Assembly (NCBI GenBank): GCA_030064765.1
Contig: JASJEG010000001.1
Span: 1-58,669 of the forward strand
DNA: 58,669 nt
Direction: 5' to 3'
Source of the DNA: Acidimicrobiia bacterium
GTDB lineage: Bacteria; Actinomycetota; Acidimicrobiia; Spongiisociales; UBA5794
The stretch's first letter is position 1. Each line of letters starts with the position of its first letter. Both the position numbers and the translations under genes were made by a program. Shown here in pieces: positions 30,985 through 39,272 of this stretch. The notes below the pieces were generated by a model. It searched no databases and was not told the DNA's origin. It saw only the letters and a program-made list of their open reading frames with translations.

Positions 30985-31629
30985 GTGGACCACGACGTGG
31001 ACACTCATAGCGACATCCAGGCGACTGCCGAGGCGGCCGCCAACATGCGCGCCGAAGCTGTGGAACAGCTCAAGTCGGCGCGCGATCTCGCTAGGCGGGT
31101 ACGCAACGAGGCGATGCACGAACTCGAGGATGCCCGGGAGCGGGTGGCTCGGATCGCAGCGCGCGAAGAGGAGATGGCGGAACGCTGGGCTGCGCTTCTC
31201 GAAGCTGAGAACGCCCTCAAGATCTCGCAGGGTGCCAACTTGGCCGCAGCCGTCCCCGGGGTCGCGCCGGCGACCGAGGAAGCTCAAGCGATAATCGCCA
31301 AGGCCCACGAGGAGGCCGCCCAGATCCGCGAACAGGCAATGCATCTACTCGCCATTGCCGAGGGTGAGAAGGCCGAATCTCACGAGATTGCGCAGTCCGA
31401 GACGGAGCGAGCCGCCGCCGAGGCGGAGCGACTTCGTACCGAGGCAGAGGCAGAGGCCCAGCGCCTGCGCGAGGAGGCAGAGGCCGCCGGATCCGACGAT
31501 TCCAGCATCTATTCGAAGCGCCGAGGCCGCAAGCTTCCGCGCATCGGCGACAGCGCCAACAACCTGCTGTCTGAGATGTCGGGGCTCCGCGCCAGGTCCG
31601 CCGAGGAAGAGGACCGCCAGGTCGTCTAG
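30985..31629 (+). CDS. Ala/Glu/Arg-rich coiled-coil protein (unknown function)
   Basis: Low-complexity heptad-like sequence (AEAERLRTEAEAEAQRLREEAEAA) with a basic tail KRRGRKLPRIGD. The start is uncertain. Confidence 0.5.
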   Translation: MDHDVDTHSDIQATAEAAANMRAEAVEQLKSARDLARRVRNEAMHELEDARERVARIAAREEEMAERWAALLEAENALKISQGANLAAAVPGVAPATEEAQAIIAKAHEEAAQIREQAMHLLAIAEGEKAESHEIAQSETERAAAEAERLRTEAEAEAQRLREEAEAAGSDDSSIYSKRRGRKLPRIGDSANNLLSEMSGLRARSAEEEDRQVV

Positions 31630-31653
31630 CGGGGACAGGCGAAGTCACTCCAC

Positions 31654-31696
31654 ATTCTGTTCCGTGCACCAGCGATTCTGTTCCTGCGCACCAGCG
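31654..31696. repeat. Tandem direct repeat (21+22 nt) in a convergent intergenic region
   Basis: ATTCTGTTCCGTGCACCAGCG followed directly by ATTCTGTTCCTGCGCACCAGCG. Confidence 0.8.
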
Positions 31697-31725
31697 ACTT
31701 GCTCGCCTGCTCCGAAGAACCGGCG

Positions 31726-33252
31726 TCAGCCTCCAACCTGTTGCGGAGCAGCGGGCGGCGGGGAAGCGACGAGATCGAAGAGCATTGCGGCCGGGGAGTC
31801 GGCGATACGGACGACCTTCATCTCGATCCCGTACCACTTGACACCGCTTCTGGTCTGGTTGTTGAGCCAGGCGAGTGCTTTGAGTTGATCTTCATGGAGC
31901 GTGGCTGATACCAGAGCTACCGAAGCGGCTCCCGAGGACGCCGCCATGCCGAGGGCCCGGCCCAAATCGGAATCATCGGCGATGGCGCTCTTCGATGACA
32001 CCACAACGACGTCTTCGCCGTTGTCGTCACGTCCGAGCACACCGGTAGCACTCTTGGTTGTGAATTGACGGGCTTCCGACAAGCCATGTTGCAGACCGAG
32101 CACATCGCCCAACTGCTGCGAATGCGCCAGAAACCACGGGGCGAAGTCTTCGGCCCCTTGGGCCCAGACGCTCTCCGGGTCAACCAGCTCGAGCGTACCA
32201 AAATCCATCATTACCTCCGTTGGCGCATCGGCTCCGTCGCTTGTCGGGGCCTGCTCATATTCACCACTTGGCACCGGAACGCTCTCGGGAACGGTCACCG
32301 GTTCGGGAGCAACTTCTGCCACGGGCTCCAGATCACTTTCTGCTACCGGTGGCACGGCGGCAGGAGTGGCTTGGGGAGTGATCGGCATCGGCGGTAGATA
32401 CTCGGAGGAACCGGGTGCGGGTATGTGTGGCTCGGGCAGAGGGGGCTCATCCACATTGGCGGCAGCCTGTTCGGCCATTGCTGCCAGGTGCGCTTCCGCT
32501 TCTCCCCACGACTGCTCGGCGCCTTCACGAGCTCGCTCACTGAAGCCGTCTGTGGAACCGTTGTAGTCCTCCCACGGGCTTGGTTCAACAGCTATCGGTT
32601 CACCGCCTACATCGACTGCAGAAAAGGTAGCCGATTCGCTCTCGTCCTCCACCGACTCGCCGCTCTCCTCCTCCAACGACTCGGCAAGGTGCTCACTTAC
32701 TTCGGGATAACCTTCGTCCGCTAACGGCGGGGTGATCTCGCCCTCGTTCTCTTCCTCCACGGCAGGGAGCTCTTCCTCCAGGGCAGGGGCCTCGTCCCCT
32801 ACGACAGGCGCCTCCTCCACGGCAGGGACCTCGTCCTCGACGGCGGGCGCCTCCTCCACGGCAGGGACCTCGTCCTCGACGGCGGGCAGCTCCTCGACGG
32901 CAGGCAGCTCCTCGACGGCAGGCAGCTCGTCCACGACAGGCAGTTCCTCCTCGACAACGGGGAGCTCCAAGCCGGGTGCCGGATCCTGATCTCCGTTGTT
33001 CGAGGGCTGGGTTGCCTCGATGCGAGCCACCGATTGCTCCACCTCGATGAGACGTGCTGCGTGAAGTATGTCGCCGCTCGTTAACTTCCCGCCCTCGCCG
33101 GAGCCGACAATGGTGTCTAGATCGATGAGGCCGCTTTCGACGAGTCGACGAGCGCGCGGTGACAATTCGTCCATGGCAATCGCGTCCGATCCATGAGCGA
33201 CTGACCTCTGCTGCTCATATGAGCTCTTACGACGCCGGCGTCTGCGTGCCAC
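31726..33252 (-). CDS. Chimeric protein: poly-Arg N-terminus + E3-binding (PSBD) domain + acidic tandem repeats + degenerate PD-(D/E)XK-like C-terminal domain
   Basis: MARRRRRRKSS; LSPRARRLVESGLIDLDTIVGSGEGGKLTSGDILHAA matches the E3_binding consensus; (ELPAVE)n/(AVEDEVPAVEEAP)2 repeats. The C terminus GVLGRDDNGEDVVVVSSKSAIADDSDLGRALGMAA...LKALAWLNNQT...WYGIEMKVVRIADSPAAMLF aligns to the IENQLE.TDHDHLG...WLNE nuclease-like family but lacks its catalytic residues. Confidence 0.7.
   Translation of the reverse strand: MARRRRRRKSSYEQQRSVAHGSDAIAMDELSPRARRLVESGLIDLDTIVGSGEGGKLTSGDILHAARLIEVEQSVARIEATQPSNNGDQDPAPGLELPVVEEELPVVDELPAVEELPAVEELPAVEDEVPAVEEAPAVEDEVPAVEEAPVVGDEAPALEEELPAVEEENEGEITPPLADEGYPEVSEHLAESLEEESGESVEDESESATFSAVDVGGEPIAVEPSPWEDYNGSTDGFSERAREGAEQSWGEAEAHLAAMAEQAAANVDEPPLPEPHIPAPGSSEYLPPMPITPQATPAAVPPVAESDLEPVAEVAPEPVTVPESVPVPSGEYEQAPTSDGADAPTEVMMDFGTLELVDPESVWAQGAEDFAPWFLAHSQQLGDVLGLQHGLSEARQFTTKSATGVLGRDDNGEDVVVVSSKSAIADDSDLGRALGMAASSGAASVALVSATLHEDQLKALAWLNNQTRSGVKWYGIEMKVVRIADSPAAMLFDLVASPPPAAPQQVGG
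32750..32960 (-). repeat. In-frame tandem coding repeats (39-nt unit x2, 18-nt unit x3) inside the PSBD-chimera gene
   Basis: Units 32811-32849 and 32850-32888 are identical except for the last nucleotide. GCTCCTCGACGGCAGGCA occurs at 32889-32906 and 32907-32924, with a diverged third unit. Confidence 0.85.
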
Positions 33253-33495
33253 TTACGCCTCCTCCTGCCAGCGATTACCAAGCGGGGTTGTATCCATATG
33301 GAATCGGAAGGTCGGGAAGGCCCCTTGAGCGCTCTATCCGAGTCACGCTCGAACCAAGAAGGACTCTACATCGCCGCAAAGCCGATCACTCAGCCGGGAT
33401 AATCGACCAATCATGCGCTACGCGCGGCCGCACCAGGCGCCGCCGCGGCCCGTTGCGCCAGGCGGCATATCTACGTGACACTCGAGAACGAGCCA

Positions 33496-33627
33496 CTAGG
33501 CAGCGGCCGGGACCTCGTCGGCGTCGCAGATCTCGCAGCCGACAAGCGGGCACCGCTGAACAACGGCGAAGTCGAAACCGGCCGCCGCAAGCAGCCGCTC
33601 GATATCCATGTCATCTGACGCACTCAT
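33496..33627 (-). CDS. Candidate small Cys-rich protein (43 aa), not in the ORF track
   Basis: Manual translation: MSASDDMDIERLLAAAGFDFAVVQRCPLVGCEICDADEVPAAA. GGAG lies 7 nt upstream of the ATG. By hand count about three quarters of codon third positions are G/C, as in neighbouring genes. Confidence 0.4.
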   Translation of the reverse strand: MSASDDMDIERLLAAAGFDFAVVQRCPLVGCEICDADEVPAAA

Positions 33628-33751
33628 GATCAACTCCATGACCCGACCATATCTAACGGGTATGACTTAAAAACGTCTCCGGGCGCCGGGTTGTTCCTCA
33701 GGACGCCGCCTCGCACCGCGCCACGTAACATCCTGCCGGCAAAGGAGAACC

Positions 33752-34705
33752 ATGCTCGACCTAAGTGACGTAACGGCGGCACGCGCTCGAATCACGCCGT
33801 ACACAAGGAGAACACCGCTCGAGCGGAGCACCACGTTGAGTCGCATGCTCGGCACCAACGTGTACCTGAAGTACGAGCTGTTCCAGAAAACGGGGTCGTT
33901 CAAGCCCCGCGGTGCTTTCAACACGATGTTGTCACTCACTGATGAGGAACGGGCCGCCGGGGTCGTAGGCGTGAGCGGCGGCAACTTCGCTCAAGGGATG
34001 GCATACGCCGGCCAGACCCTTGGCGTGGACACGCTGGTTCTCATGCCCGAAACCACTCCGACCAACTATGTGAGTGCAACCAGAGGCTATGGCGCCACGG
34101 TCGAGTTCGAACCGAGCATCGACACGCTGTTTGCTGCCGCGGAGGAACGAGCCAAGGCCGGGCGCACGCTGCTGCACCCCTTCGACCATCCCGCGATGAT
34201 GGCCGGCAACGGCACGGTCGGACTCGAGATCGTGGAGGACGTTCCCGACGTGACCGACGTCTTCGTAAGCGTCGGCGGTGGTGGGCTGCTCTCCGGGGTG
34301 CTCACCGCGGTCAAGGGAATGGCACCGCAGACCCGGGTCTGGGCGGTCGAGGCGGAAGGCGCGGATGTGTTGGCCCGCTCGGTAGAGGCCGGTGAGCAGG
34401 TGCGGATGACGCCAACCTCGCGTGCCAAGACTCTCGGCTCCCCCTACGCCGCCCAGACGGCCATCGACCTCGCCGGGCAATTGGCTGCGCCCCCTATCGT
34501 TGTATCAGACGAGGCTGCGTTCCGGGCGATGGTTACGATCATGGAGCGAGCCAAGGTTGCTCCCGAGCTGGCGGCATCCTGCACCCTCGCCGCGGCCGAG
34601 ACGGTGGCCGAGCGCTTTGGGCCGGATGATCGCGTCGTGCTGCTGCTGTGCGGCGGCAACGTCTCGGCTGCCGATATCGCCGAGATGAAGGCGGCGTTCG
34701 GCTAG
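33752..34705 (+). CDS. PLP-dependent threonine/serine dehydratase (short form, no regulatory domain)
   Basis: YLKYELFQKTGSFKPRGAFN (PLP-lysine motif) and SGGNFAQG. Confidence 0.85.
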   Translation: MLDLSDVTAARARITPYTRRTPLERSTTLSRMLGTNVYLKYELFQKTGSFKPRGAFNTMLSLTDEERAAGVVGVSGGNFAQGMAYAGQTLGVDTLVLMPETTPTNYVSATRGYGATVEFEPSIDTLFAAAEERAKAGRTLLHPFDHPAMMAGNGTVGLEIVEDVPDVTDVFVSVGGGGLLSGVLTAVKGMAPQTRVWAVEAEGADVLARSVEAGEQVRMTPTSRAKTLGSPYAAQTAIDLAGQLAAPPIVVSDEAAFRAMVTIMERAKVAPELAASCTLAAAETVAERFGPDDRVVLLLCGGNVSAADIAEMKAAFG

Positions 34706-34713
34706 CCCTGTGC

Positions 34714-34759
34714 TTTTGGCGTCCCAGACCGGAACATATTCCGCTCAGCGACGCCAAAA
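34714..34759. terminator. Nested hairpin between convergent genes; possible diverged member of the repeat family
   Basis: Outer stem TTTTGGCGTC/GACGCCAAAA (10 bp), inner stem CGGAA-CATA-TTCCG. Same architecture, and an A/T loop core like the GTTCTTGCG/CGCAAGAAC copies. Confidence 0.5.
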
Positions 34760-34780
34760 CGGTCGCGAGAACGGGCGAAG

Positions 34781-35539
34781 CTATTCGATTTCGATAGCGC
34801 GCAGGAACCGTTGGGTTCGCTCGTGAGTTGGATTGCGTAGAAGCTGCTCGGGCGGACCTTCCTCCACGATCACCCCGCCGTCCATGAATATCACCCGGTC
34901 CGCTACCTGAAGTGCGAAAGTCATCTCGTGGGTCACCACAACCATCGTCATTCCGGCTTCGGCGAGCTCCCGCATTACGTCGAGAACCTCACCAATCAAC
35001 TCGGGGTCGAGCGCGCTCGTCGGCTCGTCGAACAACATCATGTCCGGGTTCATGCACAACGCTCGGGCGATCGCCACCCGCTGTTGCTGACCTCCCGACA
35101 GCCGCGATGGATGCTCGTCGATCTTCTCGCTCAACCCAACCCGGGCCAGCATCTCCTCAGCAACCCGAGTCGCTTCCGCTGTATCGCGCCCGAGAACCCT
35201 GCGCTGGGCGATCCTCAAGTTGCGCAGCACCGTCAGGTGCGGGAACAGATTGAACTGTTGGAAGACCATCCCAATCCGCGTACGAACCGCGTCGACATCG
35301 GTCTCCGGGTCGGTGATGTCAATGCCCTCGATGAGCACCTTCCCGGCGGTAGGCTCCTCCAGCTTGTTGACACAGCGCAGCAGTGTCGACTTGCCCGAAC
35401 CCGAAGGGCCAATCAGGCAAACGACTTCTCCATGTTTGACTTCGAAGTCGATGCCGCGCAGTACTTCGAGCTCACCGAAGTACTTGTGTAGATCCCGTAT
35501 CTGGATCGGGGGAGCAGTTTCGTCGCGTTGGATGCTCAT
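34781..35539 (-). CDS. Polar amino-acid ABC transporter ATP-binding protein
   Basis: [39 protein letters not shown]. Confidence 0.95.
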   Translation of the reverse strand: MSIQRDETAPPIQIRDLHKYFGELEVLRGIDFEVKHGEVVCLIGPSGSGKSTLLRCVNKLEEPTAGKVLIEGIDITDPETDVDAVRTRIGMVFQQFNLFPHLTVLRNLRIAQRRVLGRDTAEATRVAEEMLARVGLSEKIDEHPSRLSGGQQQRVAIARALCMNPDMMLFDEPTSALDPELIGEVLDVMRELAEAGMTMVVVTHEMTFALQVADRVIFMDGGVIVEEGPPEQLLRNPTHERTQRFLRAIEIE

Positions 35540-36336
35540 CGTGCCGCCGCCGTTCTCTTCTCGAGCCGCGCCACAAGGTAGGTGAGCGGCAGGGTGATAG
35601 CCAGGTAGACCAATGCGATGACAATCAAGGGCGTACCGTTGAACTTGCTGTTCATCAGATCTCGACCGAACTTGGTCAACTCCTTCGTAGCAGGCGTCGT
35701 GCCAAGGACGAAGAAGAGAGAGGTGTCCTTGATCAAGAGCACGAGCTCGTTGGTCAACGGGGGAATGATGATCCGGAAAGCCTGCGGAAGGATGATGTAC
35801 GTCATTGCCTTCCCCCAGCTCATACCGAGCGATCGCGCAGCCTCCATCTGGCCCCTGGGGACTGCTTCGATTCCCGCCCGAATGGTCTCAGACATGTAGG
35901 CGGCCGCAACGATCCCAAGCCCAATCGTGCCCTGACCGAGTGCGCCACCCGGGATACTCACGCCCGGGAATGCGATCGGTATCGCAAACGCGACAAAGAT
36001 GATTGTCACCAACGCCGGCAGCCCCCTGAAGAGCTCGATGTAGACGATTGCCAGCCAGCGATAGGCCTTTATCGACGACAACTTCATCAACGCCAAAACC
36101 AGCGCCAATACGAGGCCGAAGATGAACGCCAGCGCCGTGTACGTGATCGTGTTGCGTGCGGCAACGGTCAGAACTTCGGGGAACATGTCGACCGCAATCT
36201 CGACATTGAAGAACGACCGCCCGATCCTCTCCCAATCGGCGAATATGGCGAAGATAGCTACCACCAGCACCAACACGCCGTAGAGGGAATAGCGAATGAC
36301 TTTCTGTCGTGTACTCCGCTTCAACGAACCCTCCAT
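35536..36336 (-). CDS. Polar amino-acid ABC transporter permease
   Basis: [18 protein letters not shown]...[24 protein letters not shown] permease core. Confidence 0.9.
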   Translation of the reverse strand: MEGSLKRSTRQKVIRYSLYGVLVLVVAIFAIFADWERIGRSFFNVEIAVDMFPEVLTVAARNTITYTALAFIFGLVLALVLALMKLSSIKAYRWLAIVYIELFRGLPALVTIIFVAFAIPIAFPGVSIPGGALGQGTIGLGIVAAAYMSETIRAGIEAVPRGQMEAARSLGMSWGKAMTYIILPQAFRIIIPPLTNELVLLIKDTSLFFVLGTTPATKELTKFGRDLMNSKFNGTPLIVIALVYLAITLPLTYLVARLEKRTAAAR

Positions 36337-36343
36337 CTACTAG

Positions 36344-36371
36344 CGAGGGAGACCCTAATGGGTCTCCCTCG
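36344..36371 (-). promoter_or_regulatory. Perfect 12-bp intercistronic hairpin between the SBP and permease genes
   Basis: CGAGGGAGACCC-TAAT-GGGTCTCCCTCG with no U-tract. Likely an mRNA-stabilising or attenuating element. Confidence 0.5.
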
Positions 36372-36399
36372 TCGAATCTCGGTTGGGATCAGCTACTTA

Positions 36400-37173
36400 T
36401 CAGGAGCCGAACCACGTGGCGAATATCTCGTCGTACTTGCCGTTGTCCCGGATGGTTGCGAGGGCATCATTGACAGCCTCCCGCAATGCGTCCTTGCCTT
36501 CCTCCTGAAGTGCAAAACCGTACTGCTCGCCGGTTTCGTACGTCTCCACGACGGTGACCGTGCTGTCCTGCGTCGTGCGGTATCCATTCACCGGTAGGTC
36601 TTGGAGAATGCCATCGATGTTGGCAGCCTCCAACGCAATGAAGAGCTCCCCGCCATTCTCGAACGAGACGATTTCCACCCCGTCCGGAGCATTCTCCTGA
36701 GCGTAGGCCTCGCCTGTGGTGCCGGATTGCACACCAAGGTTCTTGCCGACGAGGTCGCTGAGGGTCGTGTAGCCGGAATCGACCTTGACCAGCAACGACT
36801 GATCAGCATCGAAGTACGGTGACGCAAAGTCGACGGCCTCTTCACGCTCTTCTGTAATCGTGATTGCCGATGCCGCTATGTCACATTGGTTGGCTGCCAT
36901 CGCACTGCCGCTGGTGATTGCTGTGAACCCGGTGCTCACGAACTCCATCTCCAAGCCCAGCTCGTCGGCTACCGCCTGCATAACGTCGAAATCAAACCCC
37001 GTGTACTCACCATCGACTTCGAATTCGAACGGCTCGTACGGGATCTCCGAACACACCGTGAGCTTGTCTGCAGACACGAGGTCATACTCGCCGCCTTCAT
37101 CGTCGCCCCCGCAAGCTGAAGCAACGAGCGACAAACTCAGCAGAAGGGCAAGTGCGTAACTGAACCTCTTCAT
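36400..37173 (-). CDS. Polar amino-acid ABC transporter substrate-binding lipoprotein
   Basis: True start at MKRFSYALALLLSLSLVASACGG (ATG 37171-37173, with AAAGGAGG upstream). The 79-codon upstream extension in the track is not coding-like. Confidence 0.9.
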   Translation of the reverse strand: MKRFSYALALLLSLSLVASACGGDDEGGEYDLVSADKLTVCSEIPYEPFEFEVDGEYTGFDFDVMQAVADELGLEMEFVSTGFTAITSGSAMAANQCDIAASAITITEEREEAVDFASPYFDADQSLLVKVDSGYTTLSDLVGKNLGVQSGTTGEAYAQENAPDGVEIVSFENGGELFIALEAANIDGILQDLPVNGYRTTQDSTVTVVETYETGEQYGFALQEEGKDALREAVNDALATIRDNGKYDEIFATWFGS

Positions 37174-37334
37174 CCCCAATCCTCCTTTTGGGCCGGTCGT
37201 ACCCAACCGATCCGCTGTGAGCTTAGGCGGCAACATGCCAACACGAAGAGTCGGCACCATCAGATTTCGCGACCTGGGCCTTGGTACTGGCCCAGCTGGG
37301 AAGAGATTTGCCATCGCGGCGCGGGGATCGCAAT

Positions 37335-37655
37335 ATGTGCGCCATGAGTTCGGTAGCGAATGAGATGATCCGCTTGCACGCCCATGTGTGCAAGGGATTG
37401 GCCGACCCAAAGCGGCTTCTGATCATCGACGCCCTTCGGGATGGCGAGGTCACGGTTACCGACCTCGTCGACGCTCTCGAGATTCCCCAGGCCAACGTTT
37501 CGCAACACTTGGCCGTACTCCGCGACAAGGGTCTTGTGTCATCGCGTCGCGACGGACAGTGGGCCTACTACTCGCTCACTTCGCCCAAGATCATCCAGGC
37601 AGTCGACCTGCTCCGGCAGGTGATGCACGAGCAGCTCGACTCAGCCGAGGCTTGA
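37335..37655 (+). CDS. ArsR/SmtB family transcriptional regulator
   Basis: LADPKRLLIIDALRDGEVTVTDLVDALEIPQANVSQHLAVLRDKGLV. The start could be ATG 37335 or ATG 37344. Confidence 0.85.
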   Translation: MCAMSSVANEMIRLHAHVCKGLADPKRLLIIDALRDGEVTVTDLVDALEIPQANVSQHLAVLRDKGLVSSRRDGQWAYYSLTSPKIIQAVDLLRQVMHEQLDSAEA

Positions 37656-37750
37656 GCGGGTCTCATCGAGCTAGAGGACGATCACGGTCCGCCCAGCGCG
37701 CCCGAGCCCTCGACGCACCCGCAGTCAATCGATTGGCAGGTCGATCCGAC

Positions 37751-38551
37751 TCAGTTGACGGGGTCGATCGGTGGAGCATCAAGGGACGCCGGAGCCGCGC
37801 TTACCGCAGCAACGGCCGCATTCTTCCTTCTGCTGCGCATCGCAACTACGCCCACTCCTGCCACAAGAACGACCGCAGCAGCGCCTCCGATGAGCAACAT
37901 CGACGAGCTGCCGCCGGCGGTAGATGAGACTGCTCGATACGTCGTGTCTTCTTCATCGATGGCCACGTTCCAAGTCAGGGTGTTGCCGTCAACAGAGTCG
38001 GCATTGTGACTCTGGATCTCCCCCGGCAGTGTCAACCTGAACCGGATCTCGAACAGATCCTCGAACAAAGTTGCCGGATCCATCCCGGACAGCAGGTCTT
38101 CGCCACCGGAATTGCCGACCGCCCCGCTCAGTTGCTCATCAACTCCGGAGGCATCAACCTCGAAACGGAACTCATCACCTTCGTGGGTCAGCCCAAAGTC
38201 GCCCAGGAAGTCGGTGCCAACCCCGGCGTCTTGGCCTTCGCCGAGCTCACCGAGCTTCTCCTCCAGGTCTTCGAAGTCTGTGAAATCGGTCGTGATCCTG
38301 ATGCCCTCGAATCCGTCTTCGACCACGTCCTCAACGCTCCAACCCTCGGGCACATCAGCTAGTCCCTCGGTCATGTCGAACCCTTCGCCGCCCCCTTGCT
38401 CCATGAGTTGCTGGAACTCCTCGTCGAACCCCATGAAGAGGGCGAAGGTACCCGACTCGTCCTCGTTTACCGTCAGCCCAACATCGAGCCGGATCGTGCA
38501 TGCGGACAGGACTAGTACGAGAACCGTGAGTAGGGGTAAATAGCGCTTCAC
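37751..38551 (-). CDS. Acidic lipoprotein with C-terminal TM anchor (possibly LppM-like)
   Basis: Lipobox LVLVLSAC, an acidic body, and the C-terminal helix MLLIGGAAAVVLVAGVGVVAM followed by RSRRK. Confidence 0.55.
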   Translation of the reverse strand: MKRYLPLLTVLVLVLSACTIRLDVGLTVNEDESGTFALFMGFDEEFQQLMEQGGGEGFDMTEGLADVPEGWSVEDVVEDGFEGIRITTDFTDFEDLEEKLGELGEGQDAGVGTDFLGDFGLTHEGDEFRFEVDASGVDEQLSGAVGNSGGEDLLSGMDPATLFEDLFEIRFRLTLPGEIQSHNADSVDGNTLTWNVAIDEEDTTYRAVSSTAGGSSSMLLIGGAAAVVLVAGVGVVAMRSRRKNAAVAAVSAAPASLDAPPIDPVN

Positions 38552-38657
38552 TTCTGGACTCCCAAGATGGATACCCCGCCATTATCGACGCACCTCGGCT
38601 ATATCTTGATGAATCACCAAGCTTCGGCGGCCGGCGACGACCCGATAGCCTGACGGC

Positions 38658-39230
38658 ATGAATGACCCGATTGGAGCGGTGCTTGCCGGAGGCAGCGGCC
38701 GCCGGATGGGCCGGGACAAGGCCGGCGTGCAGTTCAGAGGCAGACCGCTGCTCGACCACGTGGCAGCTGCCCTTACTTCGGCCGGGCTGGAGGTGGTCGT
38801 CATCGGCCGGGAGAAACCGATAGGCGACTACGCCACAGTCAGAGACTTGCCGGGATTGGGCGGGGGGCCGGCCGTCGGGCTGCTGTCTGCGTTTGCTCAC
38901 CACCCGGATAGGGATGTGTTCTTGGCGGCCGTCGACCAGCCGCTACTGCGACCAGAAACGGTTCGCGGCCTGCTGGACACACCGGGTGACGCAGTGATAC
39001 CGGTCGCCAACTCCCACCCGCAGGTGACCTGTGCGTTCTACCGAGCAGCCTGCCGGAGCGCGCTCGAAGGAATGCTCGCAAGCGGACAGGCGAAGCTGCG
39101 CAGGCTGCCGGACCTGATAGACCCCACGATGGTCGGATCGGACACCTGGTCGAAGTGGGGGGAGGACGGGAGTTCTTGGTTGAGCCTCGACACGCCGGAA
39201 GCGCTGCGCGCCGCCGAAGCAAGGCACTGA
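38658..39230 (+). CDS. MobA-like NTP transferase (molybdenum cofactor guanylyltransferase family)
   Basis: GAVLAGGSGRRMGRDKAGVQFRGRPLLDHV N-terminal motif. Confidence 0.75.
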   Translation: MNDPIGAVLAGGSGRRMGRDKAGVQFRGRPLLDHVAAALTSAGLEVVVIGREKPIGDYATVRDLPGLGGGPAVGLLSAFAHHPDRDVFLAAVDQPLLRPETVRGLLDTPGDAVIPVANSHPQVTCAFYRAACRSALEGMLASGQAKLRRLPDLIDPTMVGSDTWSKWGEDGSSWLSLDTPEALRAAEARH

Positions 39231-39272
39231 AGCCGGCCGCAACGGCCGGCGTTGAAGCCCTACCCTGACGGT

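Noticed and set aside
32732-32989. A repetitive plus-strand ORF (SSSTAGSSSTAG...), considered as a possible CRISPR-like or minisatellite array.
   Set aside because: The repeats are directly adjacent with no spacers. The units are multiples of 3 nt and encode the acidic PAVEE repeats of the minus-strand gene. This is a coding tandem repeat, not a CRISPR array.
33159-33629. A 156-aa plus-strand ORF in the spacer upstream of the dehydratase gene.
   Set aside because: It is extremely Arg-rich ([37 protein letters not shown]). The opposite strand holds a more plausible 43-aa ORF with an SD.
37174-37410. A 79-codon N-terminal extension of the SBP ORF (track start 37410).
   Set aside because: The extension is Pro/Arg-rich. 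A canonical lipoprotein signal peptide begins at ATG 37171-37173, with AAAGGAGG upstream.
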